In this document: positions 1 to 11,808 of the stretch, piece after piece
Layout: each line of letters begins with the position of its first letter
Position numbering within the stretch: the stretch's first letter is position 1
Source: an uncultured Desulfobacter sp.
Lineage (GTDB): Bacteria; Desulfobacterota; Desulfobacteria; Desulfobacterales; Desulfobacteraceae
Direction: 5' to 3'
DNA length: 64,000 nucleotides
Assembly (NCBI GenBank): GCA_963665095.1
Contig: OY762069.1
Span: 1,184,001-1,248,000, forward strand
The notes under the pieces: model-generated
Told to the model about the DNA's origin: nothing
What the model saw: only the letters and a program-made list of their open reading frames with translations
Databases searched by the model: none
Made by a program: the position numbers and the translations under genes

Positions 1-1734
1 TTCTACCAGATTATCGCCGCAAAAGGGGATAATGCAGTTTTAGGAAAACACAATGCTTTGGAAGGCACCCAGTGGATCGTGCGAACCATTTACACCGATG
101 TTTCAGGCAAGCGTACCCAGAGCTGGTCTTTCCTTGACAGTCGAAAACAACTTTTGAATGCACGAATAGAAGCGGCGCCTGAATACGATCCCAGGAAACG
201 TCCCTGGTATGGGGCCGCTGTATCTTCCGGCAAAGCCGTCCTCTCGGATGTTTATATGTTCAACTCGCTGCAAAAACCCGGTATCACGGCATCCCATGCC
301 CTGATGAAAGGTCCAGGCGTGGTAGGTGTTGATATGACATTATCCGATTTAAGTCAGTTTGTATCTGATCAGGAGATGTCGGAGAATAACGTTGTGTGTA
401 TTTTTGACAACAAAAATCGCATTATTGCCTTGCCAAATACGTTTAAAGGTGTGCCGTTGCTCAGTGATGTTTCCAAGGTTCCGTCCGACGCGGTTCAATC
501 CCTGTTTGACGATTAAAAGAAAAGCGACTTTTACGCTGTCAGCCGTAAACTGCTTCAGGACGGCCCTGAATTCAGCATCGGAATAGCAGCACCAAAGTCC
601 GATTTCACCCACACCTATCGCGATATGCAGCAAAAAATTTTCTTCATCATCCTTGCCAGCCTGGTTGTCTTTGTTCCTTTAATGTTTTTCTTCAGCCAGC
701 GTCTTGCCAGGCGGGTCAAATATCTGGCACAGGATGCAAAAAAAATCAAAAACAGGGATTTCAGCCATCCTGAAAGAGATAAAACAAAAATTATTGAGCT
801 CTGGGTTCTTGAGCAGAGCTTTTACGATATGCGTGATGCGCTATTTGCCGCAGAGCAGCTGCGTCTGAAACAGCTTAAAGAACATAACGAGATGGAACAA
901 TATATCCAGGAATTTCAGGCATCCATGGAAACTGTTCTCCAGGGACTGGACAGTGCGGACAGCGCTATGAAAGAGACATCGTTGGAAATGCAGACCATTG
1001 CCCAGCATACCAAACAGAAATCATCTTCTGTATCCACCTCTTTTGAAGTCACTTCCAGCAATGTTGAAACAGTGGCAGGTGCGGCTGAGAAATTGTCCAA
1101 CTCAATAGCTGAAATTGCAGCCCAGGTATCGGAAGCAACCGAATCTACAACAAAAGCCGTGAACGGTGCCAATGACACATCGGAAAAAATCCGTATCCTG
1201 GAAGACAATGTGTCCCAGATTACCCGGCAGGTTTACATGATTAATGACATCGCAGAGCAAACCAATATACTGGCGCTGAATGCAACAGTGGAAGCGGCAC
1301 GTGCCGGCGAGGCCGGAAAGGGTTTCGCCGTTGTTGCAGGTGAGGTCAAAACACTTGCCAGCCAGACTTCCCAGGCCACTGAAGAAATTTCCAGGCAGAT
1401 CGACACCATTCAAACCTCAACAAATGCATCGGTGCAGGCCATTAGTGGCGTTTCCAGCACCATTGAAGAGGTGCAGGCCATTTCCTCGGCCATTGCCACG
1501 GCCATGGAGCACCAGCGTACTACCACGGCTGAAATCGCCAGAAATGCAGAGCAGGCTGCATCAGAGACCCAGAATGTCTCAACGGAAATCCAGCATCTTC
1601 AGGAAACCGCAGAGCGGTCTGAAACTGCATCAAATGAGATAGATACGGCTGCCCGTAACCTTTCCTCCCTGGGTGAGACGCTGCGGAATACCTTGGTAAA
1701 GTTTCTTTCCCAGGTAAATGCCTCACAGGATTAA
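1..1734 (+). pseudogene. Methyl-accepting chemotaxis protein (Cache sensor-TM-HAMP-MCP signal), 5' end outside window, interrupted by in-frame TAA at 514-516
   Basis: ORFs 58..516 (Cache motif YDPRKRPWY) and 625..1734 (TM, then [34 protein letters not shown]) share a frame. That frame is open from base 1 and has a single stop at 514-516. Confidence 0.85.
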
Positions 1735-2363
1735 TCTGTATCGAAAAATTTCTTCCCCTTACAGAACAGATATTGGTGAATAACAATATTGTTGCCATTC
1801 ATGGTTTGGCTTTCCATTGTTTTTTCCTTCAGCATTTTCCATTGGGACAGCAACCGGTTAAAATGGCCTGGGCTGTGATGGCGAAAAATGGCATTCCCGG
1901 AAGAAAAACAGCCAAAAATATCAAGTTGTTTCTGTTCATACCGTTTCTGGTAATTTGGATTGTCCCCTGTTTCATAATCGCTGATATAAAGACAGGTTCC
2001 CTCATGGGAGAGGGAATCAATCAATTCAGCCAGCTCTTCCTGTTCTTTTTCGGAGGGACAGGAGGTAAAAACGGCAAAACAGAATATCAGGCCAAAGGAT
2101 TTTTTCATAAGCAAGGCAGGGTCATTTACATAGTGCGCCCCTGGATTTTCACCTAAAGCCCGATCTAGCAGGACGGCACTGGGGTCATAGCTGAAAATGT
2201 CTGAAAAGCCGGCATTTAATAGCACAGGAGTCAGGCGACCATAGCCGCATCCCAGATCAAGAACAGGTTTCTGCCTGTCAACGCCTGCGATCCACCTTAA
2301 ACAGACAGGATGCGTAAATGTTTTTCCAGCCCCTTCATTATTCCAGTACTCTGTATTTTTCAT
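1731..2363 (-). CDS. Class I SAM-dependent methyltransferase
   Basis: Motif [15 protein letters not shown] post-motif region. Confidence 0.85.
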   Translation of the reverse strand: MKNTEYWNNEGAGKTFTHPVCLRWIAGVDRQKPVLDLGCGYGRLTPVLLNAGFSDIFSYDPSAVLLDRALGENPGAHYVNDPALLMKKSFGLIFCFAVFTSCPSEKEQEELAELIDSLSHEGTCLYISDYETGDNPNYQKRYEQKQLDIFGCFSSGNAIFRHHSPGHFNRLLSQWKMLKEKTMESQTMNGNNIVIHQYLFCKGKKFFDTD

Positions 2364-2413
2364 ATTGCGCCTTCGTAACCGGTCAGAATCAAAAGGTTCA
2401 GGATGGGCACCGA

Positions 2414-3526
2414 TTAACAGGTATACATTTCAATCCGGTTCCGTCCTGCGCTTTTCGCTTTATACAAGGCCTTGTCTGCCTGGGACAGAATCAGGTCAAC
2501 GTCCTTATTTTCCGGATTAACGGCGGTAATCCCGATGCTCACCGTGACGGCCTGGCCGGTTCCCGGGTGCAGGATGGCTGCATGCTTAAGATTCTCCTGA
2601 ATCTGTTCTGCAATATTTACCGCGCCGTTCATGTCAGTATATCCCAGAACAACAAGGAACTCCTCTCCACCGTATCTGAAGACCCAGTCTGTATTTCGAC
2701 AGACTGATTCTTTCAGAATAGAGGAAACGCTTTTCAGGCACTGATCTCCCTGAAGATGGCCGCCGGTATCGTTAAATGATTTAAAATAGTCTATGTCTAT
2801 CATCAACACACAAAAGGGGCGGGATGTCCGGTTATACACACTGATAAACCTTGCGATTTCATCCCTCATATGGCTTCGGTTATACAGTCCGGTCAGGCTG
2901 TCGGTCATTGACAGCTTTTCAAGCATTATCCGGCGCTTCTGATTGTCAGACCGCTCTTTCTCATAGGCTTTTTCAAATGTGGTCAAAAGCAGGGCCGCAA
3001 AAGCCAGCACCACAGGGACATTAATAATCCAGTCCAGCAACTGCTGCCCAGGGCTCATTGTCTTGAACAAAGAGGGATGACAATAAAAAAGCCAGATCAG
3101 ACAAAGGGCCAGAAAGATCTGGCACAGATTCAAAAAAATACGCTCCCGTCCCGAAGTCAGCGTATTGACCATAATCAGAGCCAGAAAGGAATAAGTAATA
3201 CTTGGTGACACCAGTCCGGAACTGGCCAGCCAGCCCACCGGCAAAATAATCAGCGAAAGAAAATAGATCCCGATGCGGTACAATACAATGGCAGAAAGTG
3301 TATTTCTCACACCCATCACGATCAGTGCCGAATTAAACAGTGCAACAAAAATCCATTTATAATTATAGGAAGCGTTTAATCCTGACAGGATATTGGTCAT
3401 CACCGTAAAAAGTGACATGCCTGTCAAAAAAATCATGTAATAGAAAAAGATTTTATGTTTGACATCTTTTGTATTGGTAAACCAGGTTTTCAGTTGTTCT
3501 AAATGGTCAATGATCATATTCGACAT
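2414..3526 (-). CDS. Membrane-bound diguanylate cyclase (GGDEF)
   Basis: About 5-6 N-terminal TMs; TDSLTGLYNR, DIDYFK, RNTD I-site, RYGGEEF. Confidence 0.92.
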   Translation of the reverse strand: MSNMIIDHLEQLKTWFTNTKDVKHKIFFYYMIFLTGMSLFTVMTNILSGLNASYNYKWIFVALFNSALIVMGVRNTLSAIVLYRIGIYFLSLIILPVGWLASSGLVSPSITYSFLALIMVNTLTSGRERIFLNLCQIFLALCLIWLFYCHPSLFKTMSPGQQLLDWIINVPVVLAFAALLLTTFEKAYEKERSDNQKRRIMLEKLSMTDSLTGLYNRSHMRDEIARFISVYNRTSRPFCVLMIDIDYFKSFNDTGGHLQGDQCLKSVSSILKESVCRNTDWVFRYGGEEFLVVLGYTDMNGAVNIAEQIQENLKHAAILHPGTGQAVTVSIGITAVNPENKDVDLILSQADKALYKAKSAGRNRIEMYTC

Positions 3527-3634
3527 GTCACCTGTGAGTTTATAATATTTTCAAGTGCTGCAATATATACTATTGGGCAAAGGCATGTTTCAATGATATA
3601 TATCGTTTTTTGATTGTAACAGGAAATTATCCGC

Positions 3635-4549
3635 ATGCTCCCGTTTTTTAAACAGGCACTGAAAAACACCTCCCTTCCGGACAAGGCAGCCCCCTTGCTG
3701 ATGATGGGAGCCGCGCTGCTTTTCACCATAATGTCAACCATTGTAAAATTGATGCCCCAGGGATATACAGCCTGGCACTTAGGCTTTGTCAGATTCATGG
3801 GCGGCCTGGTAATACTGGTCTCTTACTCCCTTTCAAGGAAAGAGAATCCGTTTAAAGGCAATAACATTCCACTGCTGATCATCAGAGGCTTTACCGGAAC
3901 CATCGCCTTTCTGGCGGCCATTACAGCCATCCGGGCACTGCCGCTGTCAACCGCCTGTGTGCTTTTTTATGCCTACCCTGTATTTGCAGCCCTTTTTGGT
4001 GTATTTCTTTATAGGGAGCATATCTCACCAGCCCAGCTTGCCTGTATTGTCATCATGATCCTGGGCGTGATCATATTATATAAGTTTGGCTTTACCGGCA
4101 GCGCCTATGGTCTGATTGTATCTGTGATAGCATCCGTCTTTGCGGGGTTGACCGCCACCCTGATCCGGGCACTAAAAATATACAACGGGGTAGCTGTCAT
4201 ATATTTATACTTCTGTGCCACAGGTGCCGCTGTGACACTGATCCCCTGTCTCATGAATCCGATTATCCCGGGCACGGTGCTTGAGTGGGCCATGCTGGCA
4301 GCCATTGCCCTGTTGTCCCTGGCAGCCCAGCTTATGATGAATTACGGGTTCCACTTCTGTGCGGGATTTGAAGGCGGGGTATACATGTCAACGGAAACTG
4401 TGTTTACTGCCGTAATCGGCATCTGTTTTCTCAATGATCCCGCCTCCTGGAATTTCTGGACCGGCGGCCTTCTGATTCTTGGATCGGGCCTGGCTTTAAA
4501 CCGTATCTCCCAGCAACATCTAAAAACAGATAAAGGACATACGCCATGA
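3635..4549 (+). CDS. DMT/EamA family transporter
   Basis: 304 aa, about 10 TMs, duplicated EamA pattern. Confidence 0.85.
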   Translation: MLPFFKQALKNTSLPDKAAPLLMMGAALLFTIMSTIVKLMPQGYTAWHLGFVRFMGGLVILVSYSLSRKENPFKGNNIPLLIIRGFTGTIAFLAAITAIRALPLSTACVLFYAYPVFAALFGVFLYREHISPAQLACIVIMILGVIILYKFGFTGSAYGLIVSVIASVFAGLTATLIRALKIYNGVAVIYLYFCATGAAVTLIPCLMNPIIPGTVLEWAMLAAIALLSLAAQLMMNYGFHFCAGFEGGVYMSTETVFTAVIGICFLNDPASWNFWTGGLLILGSGLALNRISQQHLKTDKGHTP

Positions 4550-4896
4550 TCACATCATATACCTTCGGACAGATGGCCATTGGCCCGGATATTTACACCG
4601 CCGATCTGATTATTTGCCCGGACAGAGAAATCCTGCCCAACTGGCGCAGAAAACAGGGCCATATACTGGAACTTGCGGATTTAACATCTCTACTGAAAAA
4701 AAAGCCGGAAGTGATCATTGCCGGCACAGGCGTCAATGACCGCATGAGGATGGCACCCGGTCTGAGTCGTACGCTTTCCAATATATGCATTGAGCTTCAG
4801 CCCCTGGCAACGGACAAGGCGGTGGCGTTGTTTAACACCATGATTGTAAAGACCCCGGACAAGGCTGTCAGTGCCTGTTTTCACCTGACATGCTGA
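4546..4896 (+). CDS. Mth938-like domain protein
   Basis: ITSYTFGQM, WRRKQGH, PEVIIAGTG, C-terminal FHLTC; ATGA overlap with the upstream gene. Confidence 0.85.
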   Translation: MITSYTFGQMAIGPDIYTADLIICPDREILPNWRRKQGHILELADLTSLLKKKPEVIIAGTGVNDRMRMAPGLSRTLSNICIELQPLATDKAVALFNTMIVKTPDKAVSACFHLTC

Positions 4897-4933
4897 TCCC
4901 GGGCTCAAATAAGTATCAGGGCATCTAAGACAT

Positions 4934-5470
4934 ATGTCTTTTGAAAATCCCAATCAAGATCGGTTCCGTTTCTGCCCGGCATGTGGCATCCAGCGCCTTG
5001 AACCCGACGGCATAAAATCCTTCAGGTGCCGGCAGTGTGGTTTTAATTTCTTTATCAACTGTGCTGCCGCTGCCATGGCTATCATTTTAGATGATCAGGA
5101 CAGGATTTTAGTTACCTTGCGGGCAAGGGATCCCGGGAAAGGTACTCTGGATCTTCCCGGAGGATTTGCCGAACCAGGGGAGAGCATCATTCAAAGCCTT
5201 GTCAGGGAAGTCAAAGAAGAGCTCAATCTGGACATTTTCGATCTACAGTTTTTCTGTTCATCTGCAAATACCTATTCTTATCATTCGGTGGTATATCCAG
5301 TTACAGACATGGCCTTTACCTGCAGCGTCAACGATTTTTCTCATATTGCCCCCATGGACGATGTGGCGGCATTTCAATTCATTCCGGTCCGTGACCTTGA
5401 TACCCGGAAATTTGGCATGGGATCAGCCCGAAAGGTGCTTGAACGGTTCAAAGAGACCCATCTGTCCTGA
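4934..5470 (+). CDS. NUDIX hydrolase with N-terminal Zn ribbon
   Basis: CPACG/CRQCG ribbon; Nudix box GGFAEPGESIIQSLVREVKEELNL. Confidence 0.9.
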   Translation: MSFENPNQDRFRFCPACGIQRLEPDGIKSFRCRQCGFNFFINCAAAAMAIILDDQDRILVTLRARDPGKGTLDLPGGFAEPGESIIQSLVREVKEELNLDIFDLQFFCSSANTYSYHSVVYPVTDMAFTCSVNDFSHIAPMDDVAAFQFIPVRDLDTRKFGMGSARKVLERFKETHLS

Positions 5471-5573
5471 CAATATTATCATTGGATTAGAAAAATATAA
5501 AAAACTGACAGCTGTAAAGAGAGGAAAAGCGAACCATATTGCTAATTAAGCCGATTTGTGGTTTAAACTTGAC

Positions 5574-7724
5574 ATGAAAAAAAGATATTATCGTTCCGGG
5601 AAAAAAAATTCCGAAACCAGAACCTCCCGTCCTACACACTACCCTGAACTGACCCCCGGGGCAGACAAGACATTAAAAAAAATTTTCAGCCGGATCGGTG
5701 TTCCTGAAAAAACCCCGTTCGCCCCGGATCCCTTCCAGCTAGAAGCGCTTGAAGCTATTAATGTGTCAGACTGCCTTGTCACAGCCCCCACAGGTGCCGG
5801 CAAAACCTGGATTGCCGAACAGGCTACCAGTAGCGTGCTTGAGAACAATGGAAAGGTCTGGTATGCCACCCCGCTTAAAGCGTTGACCAACTCTATCCAT
5901 GCCGGTTTTTCAAAAATATTCGGCAAGGAAAGGGTGGGTATTCTCACCGGGGACATCAAGGAGAATACCAGCGCTGCCATTATTATCGGCACCACTGAAA
6001 TTTTGCGCAACCAGCTCTATGATGCCATGTACACAGGCAAAGACCTGAACTGTGATCTGATTATTCTGGATGAGGCCCACTATTTAGGGGATGCTGAGCG
6101 CGGTGTGGTCTGGGAAGAGATCATGATCTATCTGCCGGTGCGCATTCCTTTGCTGCTGCTATCCGCCACCATTGGAAATCCGGACCAGATTGCAGGCTGG
6201 CTGACCGCCATCCGGGGCAAGGCATGCAAAGTGGTGGAAAACTATAACCGGCCGGTGCCTCTCTTTCCTTTATTTTTCCATCCGTCAGGGACCTTATACC
6301 CGTTACTTGAAAAACCGGATAAAAACCGGCAGCGGACACGCCTTCACAAAAAAGTATATGAATTCAACCAGTCCCACAAAAAACCGATGCTGGCGCCCAC
6401 CGGCAAACTGCCAAGGTTTGCAGATATCCTCAAGGTCATGGCCCATTTTGACCTGTTGCCGGCCATATTTTTTCTGAAATCCCGGGCTGAATGTGACCAG
6501 GCTGTAAAATTATGCGACAGCAGCCTGATCAGCAAATCACCTGAAAGAAAACAGGCCCTGATGGACCGGCTGGTGCAGCTCACAAGTAACAATCCCCATC
6601 TGTCAGCCCATCCCCAGCGCCAGTACCTGGAAGAAACCGCTACTGCAGCCCATCACTCCGGCCATCTGCCTGCCTGGAAGGTGGTGGTGGAAACCCTGAT
6701 GGCTGAAGGGCTGCTGGACGCCATGTTTGCCACCTCCACGGTGGCTGCCGGCGTTAATTTCCCGGCACGGTCCGTGGTGATCCTCAATTCAGACCGGTTT
6801 AACGGCAAGGATTTTTTATCCCTCACCCCCAGCGAATTTCAGCAGATGGCCGGCCGGGCCGGTCGAAGGGGTATGGACAACATCGGATTTGCCACAGTAC
6901 TGCCAGGTAAATACATGGATGTCTCCCTGGTGGGTAAGCTGGTCAGTGCCCCGCCCCTGAACGTGGAATCCCAGATCAGAATTGATTTTTCCATGGTGCT
7001 CAACCTGTTGCTCTCCCACACCCCGGAACAGGTGCGTACGCTTCTGGAGCACTCCTTTGCCTCCTATCTGATTGCTACGGGTTCGGACACCGGAAAAAGC
7101 GGGAGAAAAGCCAGAAAAAAATTCGGCAATGACCTGGAATATCTGTGGCTCGATTTTACAGAGCACATGGACTTTTTAATCCAGGAGGGCTTTGTCACCC
7201 CGGAAGGCGCAACGCCCTGTGCCTTGACAGATGACGGCATATGGGCATCCAAGCTACGTATTGACTCGCCGCTGCTGGTGGCCCAGGGGTTGAGAGACAG
7301 CCTGTTGCCGGAAAGAGATCCGGCCCTTCTGGCGGCCATGATGGCATCCTTTGTCAATGAAAAGGAGTTCAAGGATGATATGCTGTTTCAGGCAGCACTG
7401 TCCAAACGGCTTAAGGATGCGTTCCTGAATCTGCGAAGAGGCCTTAAGCCCTTTGCCATTCAAATGCTCAAGTCCGGTTTTGCCGCTCCCAACCTCTTTA
7501 TCCAGCCGGCTTTTCTGGTCTATTCCTGGGCCCATGATGCCCCCTGGGATGAACTGATGCGCAAATCCGATTTTGCAGAAGGGGATTTTGCCCGCCTGAT
7601 TCTAAGAACAGCTGAAAATCTGCGCCAGATGACCCATCTGGATCAGGATTTCCCTGAGATTGCCCGGACTGCGAAAGAGGCCATTGATATGATACTTAAA
7701 GAGCCTGTGGCCACAGAATTTTAA
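5574..7724 (+). CDS. Ski2/HelY-like DEAH-box helicase
   Basis: APTGAGKT, DEAH, LSAT, QMAGRAGRRGMD, DSHCT-like C-terminus (EGDFARLI); ATG 5574 preferred over TTG 5556. Confidence 0.9.
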   Translation: MKKRYYRSGKKNSETRTSRPTHYPELTPGADKTLKKIFSRIGVPEKTPFAPDPFQLEALEAINVSDCLVTAPTGAGKTWIAEQATSSVLENNGKVWYATPLKALTNSIHAGFSKIFGKERVGILTGDIKENTSAAIIIGTTEILRNQLYDAMYTGKDLNCDLIILDEAHYLGDAERGVVWEEIMIYLPVRIPLLLLSATIGNPDQIAGWLTAIRGKACKVVENYNRPVPLFPLFFHPSGTLYPLLEKPDKNRQRTRLHKKVYEFNQSHKKPMLAPTGKLPRFADILKVMAHFDLLPAIFFLKSRAECDQAVKLCDSSLISKSPERKQALMDRLVQLTSNNPHLSAHPQRQYLEETATAAHHSGHLPAWKVVVETLMAEGLLDAMFATSTVAAGVNFPARSVVILNSDRFNGKDFLSLTPSEFQQMAGRAGRRGMDNIGFATVLPGKYMDVSLVGKLVSAPPLNVESQIRIDFSMVLNLLLSHTPEQVRTLLEHSFASYLIATGSDTGKSGRKARKKFGNDLEYLWLDFTEHMDFLIQEGFVTPEGATPCALTDDGIWASKLRIDSPLLVAQGLRDSLLPERDPALLAAMMASFVNEKEFKDDMLFQAALSKRLKDAFLNLRRGLKPFAIQMLKSGFAAPNLFIQPAFLVYSWAHDAPWDELMRKSDFAEGDFARLILRTAENLRQMTHLDQDFPEIARTAKEAIDMILKEPVATEF

Positions 7725-7744
7725 CTATAAAGGAGAAACTATAA

Positions 7745-8128
7745 ATGACACCTGTTATTGCAAAAAATGCCCCGGCTGCTGTGGGGCCCTATTCCCATGC
7801 TGTTACTCACAACGGGATGGTCTACTGTTCAGGCCAGATATCCTTAGATCCCGGCACCGGCCAGATGGTGGGGACATCCATTGAGGAACAGACCCGGCAG
7901 GTCATGGCCAACCTTGACACCGTGCTCAAAGCGTGCGGGTCAGGCCTTACATCCATTGTAAAAACAACGGTATTCCTGGCCTCCATGGCGGATTTTATTG
8001 CCATGAACCAGGTGTACGAAGCAGCGCTTGAGGGCCATAAACCAGCCCGGTCTGCCTTTGAGGTGGGCCGCCTTCCCAAGGATGCCCTGGTGGAAATCGA
8101 GTGCATCGCTGTCCAGGACAACGCATAA
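7745..8128 (+). CDS. ridA: RidA/YjgF family reactive intermediate deaminase
   Basis: [41 protein letters not shown]. Confidence 0.9.
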   Translation: MTPVIAKNAPAAVGPYSHAVTHNGMVYCSGQISLDPGTGQMVGTSIEEQTRQVMANLDTVLKACGSGLTSIVKTTVFLASMADFIAMNQVYEAALEGHKPARSAFEVGRLPKDALVEIECIAVQDNA

Positions 8129-8144
8129 GAACAAAGGAGCCTCC

Positions 8145-9827
<1,683 letters not shown>

Positions 9828-9857
9828 ATAAGATTAAAACACATTTAAGTGTCATAC

Positions 9858-9895
9858 TCCCGGCAGGGACAAGAAAGCCCTGCCGGGACTTTTTT
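9858..9895 (+). terminator. Rho-independent terminator after ettA
   Basis: TCCCGGCAGGG...CCCTGCCGGGA stem followed by a T tract. Confidence 0.75.
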
Positions 9896-9907
9896 AATGG
9901 AACGATT

Positions 9908-10810
9908 ATGCCTGATATCAGGAAAAAACATCTGACCGCTCACACCCGGGGACTGTTTCTGATTCATGGGGCTGTATTTCTGTTCGGTTTTGCCGGACTT
10001 TTTGCCAAATTTCTGGACTGCAGCTCCTTGTGGCTGGTTTTTGGCCGGACGGTTTTTGCAAGCCTTACCCTGGTGGTCTGGGCCATGGCAGGCAGTCGTG
10101 TCAGCCTTGGGGTAAAAAATGCAAAGGATCTTTTTTTCTTCGTTCTCCAGGGAATTTTACTGGCCATTCACTGGCTCACCTTTTTCACATCCATTCAGGT
10201 TTCTTCCGTGGCAATCGGGCTTGTCACCTTCTCAAGCTTTCCCTTATTTGTGACCTTTATGGAGCCACTTTTTTTCAAGGAACCCTTTAAACAGGCAGAC
10301 CTGCTGACTGCGGCAGCTGTATTTGGGGGTATCGTACTGGTGGTTCCGGATATGGATCTGAACAATCAGGTAACCCTGGGAAGTATTTACGGTCTGTTAT
10401 CCGGTTTTACCTTTGCAGTCTTAGGTCTTGTAAACCGAAGAAACGCCAGAAACTGCCACCCCATCTGTGCAGCCTTTTATCAGAATCTGTTTGCCGCACT
10501 CTGCCTTGTGTTTCCTGTGGCGTTTACCTCTGCGGTGCTTCCTTCCATCGGGGATATTGTACTGCTTGGGGTCCTCGGCGTTGTGTTTACCGCGCTGGCC
10601 CACGGATGCTTTATCAGCGGGCTGACCATAATCCGGGTGCAGACAGCATCTGTGATTGCAGGCATGGAGCCTGTTTACGGAATTGTATTCGCCTTTATTC
10701 TGCTTAAAGAAGTTCCGAGCCTCTCCACACTTGCCGGCGGGGCTTTGATCATTGGCGCCGTGCTCTGTGCAGGAATTTTCAGCAAAATAAAAAGCAACCC
10801 GCCTGCTTAA
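9908..10810 (+). CDS. DMT/EamA family transporter
   Basis: About 10 TMs; LAIHWLTFF, MEPVYGIVFA. Confidence 0.88.
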   Translation: MPDIRKKHLTAHTRGLFLIHGAVFLFGFAGLFAKFLDCSSLWLVFGRTVFASLTLVVWAMAGSRVSLGVKNAKDLFFFVLQGILLAIHWLTFFTSIQVSSVAIGLVTFSSFPLFVTFMEPLFFKEPFKQADLLTAAAVFGGIVLVVPDMDLNNQVTLGSIYGLLSGFTFAVLGLVNRRNARNCHPICAAFYQNLFAALCLVFPVAFTSAVLPSIGDIVLLGVLGVVFTALAHGCFISGLTIIRVQTASVIAGMEPVYGIVFAFILLKEVPSLSTLAGGALIIGAVLCAGIFSKIKSNPPA

Positions 10811-10813
10811 TTC

Positions 10814-10851
10814 AAAAAACCCGGGACGACTTCTTCAATCGTCACCGGGTT
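10814..10851 (-). terminator. Probable terminator between convergent EamA and flaG genes
   Basis: AACCCGG GACGA...TCGTC A CCGGGTT stem with an A6 run (U tract on the minus strand). Confidence 0.6.
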
Positions 10852-10950
10852 AAAATCTATATAAAAACGTTAAATGAAATTTATAATAAATTCATTAATC
10901 AGGATGTACTAAATGGGCATCTACCAGTCGATTTTTTATTCCAGACCTGC

Positions 10951-11319
10951 CTAAACATTCTGGTCAAATAAAAATCCGGCAAGATCACTCATTTTGTCCT
11001 GCAGAGCAAGCATCTCGTCTGATGGAAACTGGCGAATCAGTTCTTCCGATTCCTTGTCAAAAATTTTGACAACAATCTCATTATTCTCTTCGTGAACTGA
11101 AAAGCTTAACTTGGTCTGAATGGTTTCGCTCATTTCCTGAAAAGATTCCACCATTTCCCTGACCTCTTCGGTACTCATCTGCTGGTCGCTGGCTGAACTG
11201 GCGGTCTCCTGAACTTCCTTTGTTTCTGCTTTTTCCACACTCTGAAGCTTATCAACAGAAATCAAAGGTGTTCTTTCCTGGACATCCTGTACGCTTTGTA
11301 AAGTTGCCGTCATGCTCAT
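10951..11319 (-). CDS. flaG: Flagellar protein FlaG
   Basis: LSFSVHEENNEIVVKIFDKESEELIRQFPSDEML...GFLFD motif. Confidence 0.9.
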   Translation of the reverse strand: MSMTATLQSVQDVQERTPLISVDKLQSVEKAETKEVQETASSASDQQMSTEEVREMVESFQEMSETIQTKLSFSVHEENNEIVVKIFDKESEELIRQFPSDEMLALQDKMSDLAGFLFDQNV

Positions 11320-11395
11320 CTTCTCTCTCCCGTCTTAAAAAACTGCCGCATGAAAAGGCAGGCATTTTCTTTATTAAATAAAATCCTTACAATAC

Positions 11396-11422
11396 ATTTC
11401 GGCTAAAACGGCAAATTCTTTA
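11396..11422 (-). promoter_or_regulatory. Sigma28 (FliA) promoter of flaG
   Basis: Minus strand TAAA-N15-GCCGAAAT versus consensus TAAA-N15-GCCGATAA. Confidence 0.75.
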
Positions 11423-11808
11423 GAAATAATTGAAAAATTCGCTTACACTTTTTAACACAGCAATAAAAATAAAGGCAAGGTATGACTGATAAGTTGCATA
11501 TTTGAAACCTGAATCAATTGATATGTCAGGAAAGGATATTGCATAATTGCGGATGGTATTAAACAACACGCATCCGTTTTTAAGAACGGCCCCGGACACT
11601 AAAAATTAATAACACCCTAATTTTAAAATATTAAACCATGACTCCATAGCCCATTCATACTCTATTTACAAAAATAATTCACCCAAATCACATACAGGTT
11701 TCAGGGTTGCAGTCATGCATTCATTAAACAGAAACCCAAGGGATGAATAGTTTGCAAAAACGCGCCTGATATGGTTTAACTATGGTCAAATTTTTTAAGG
11801 ACTCGGAT

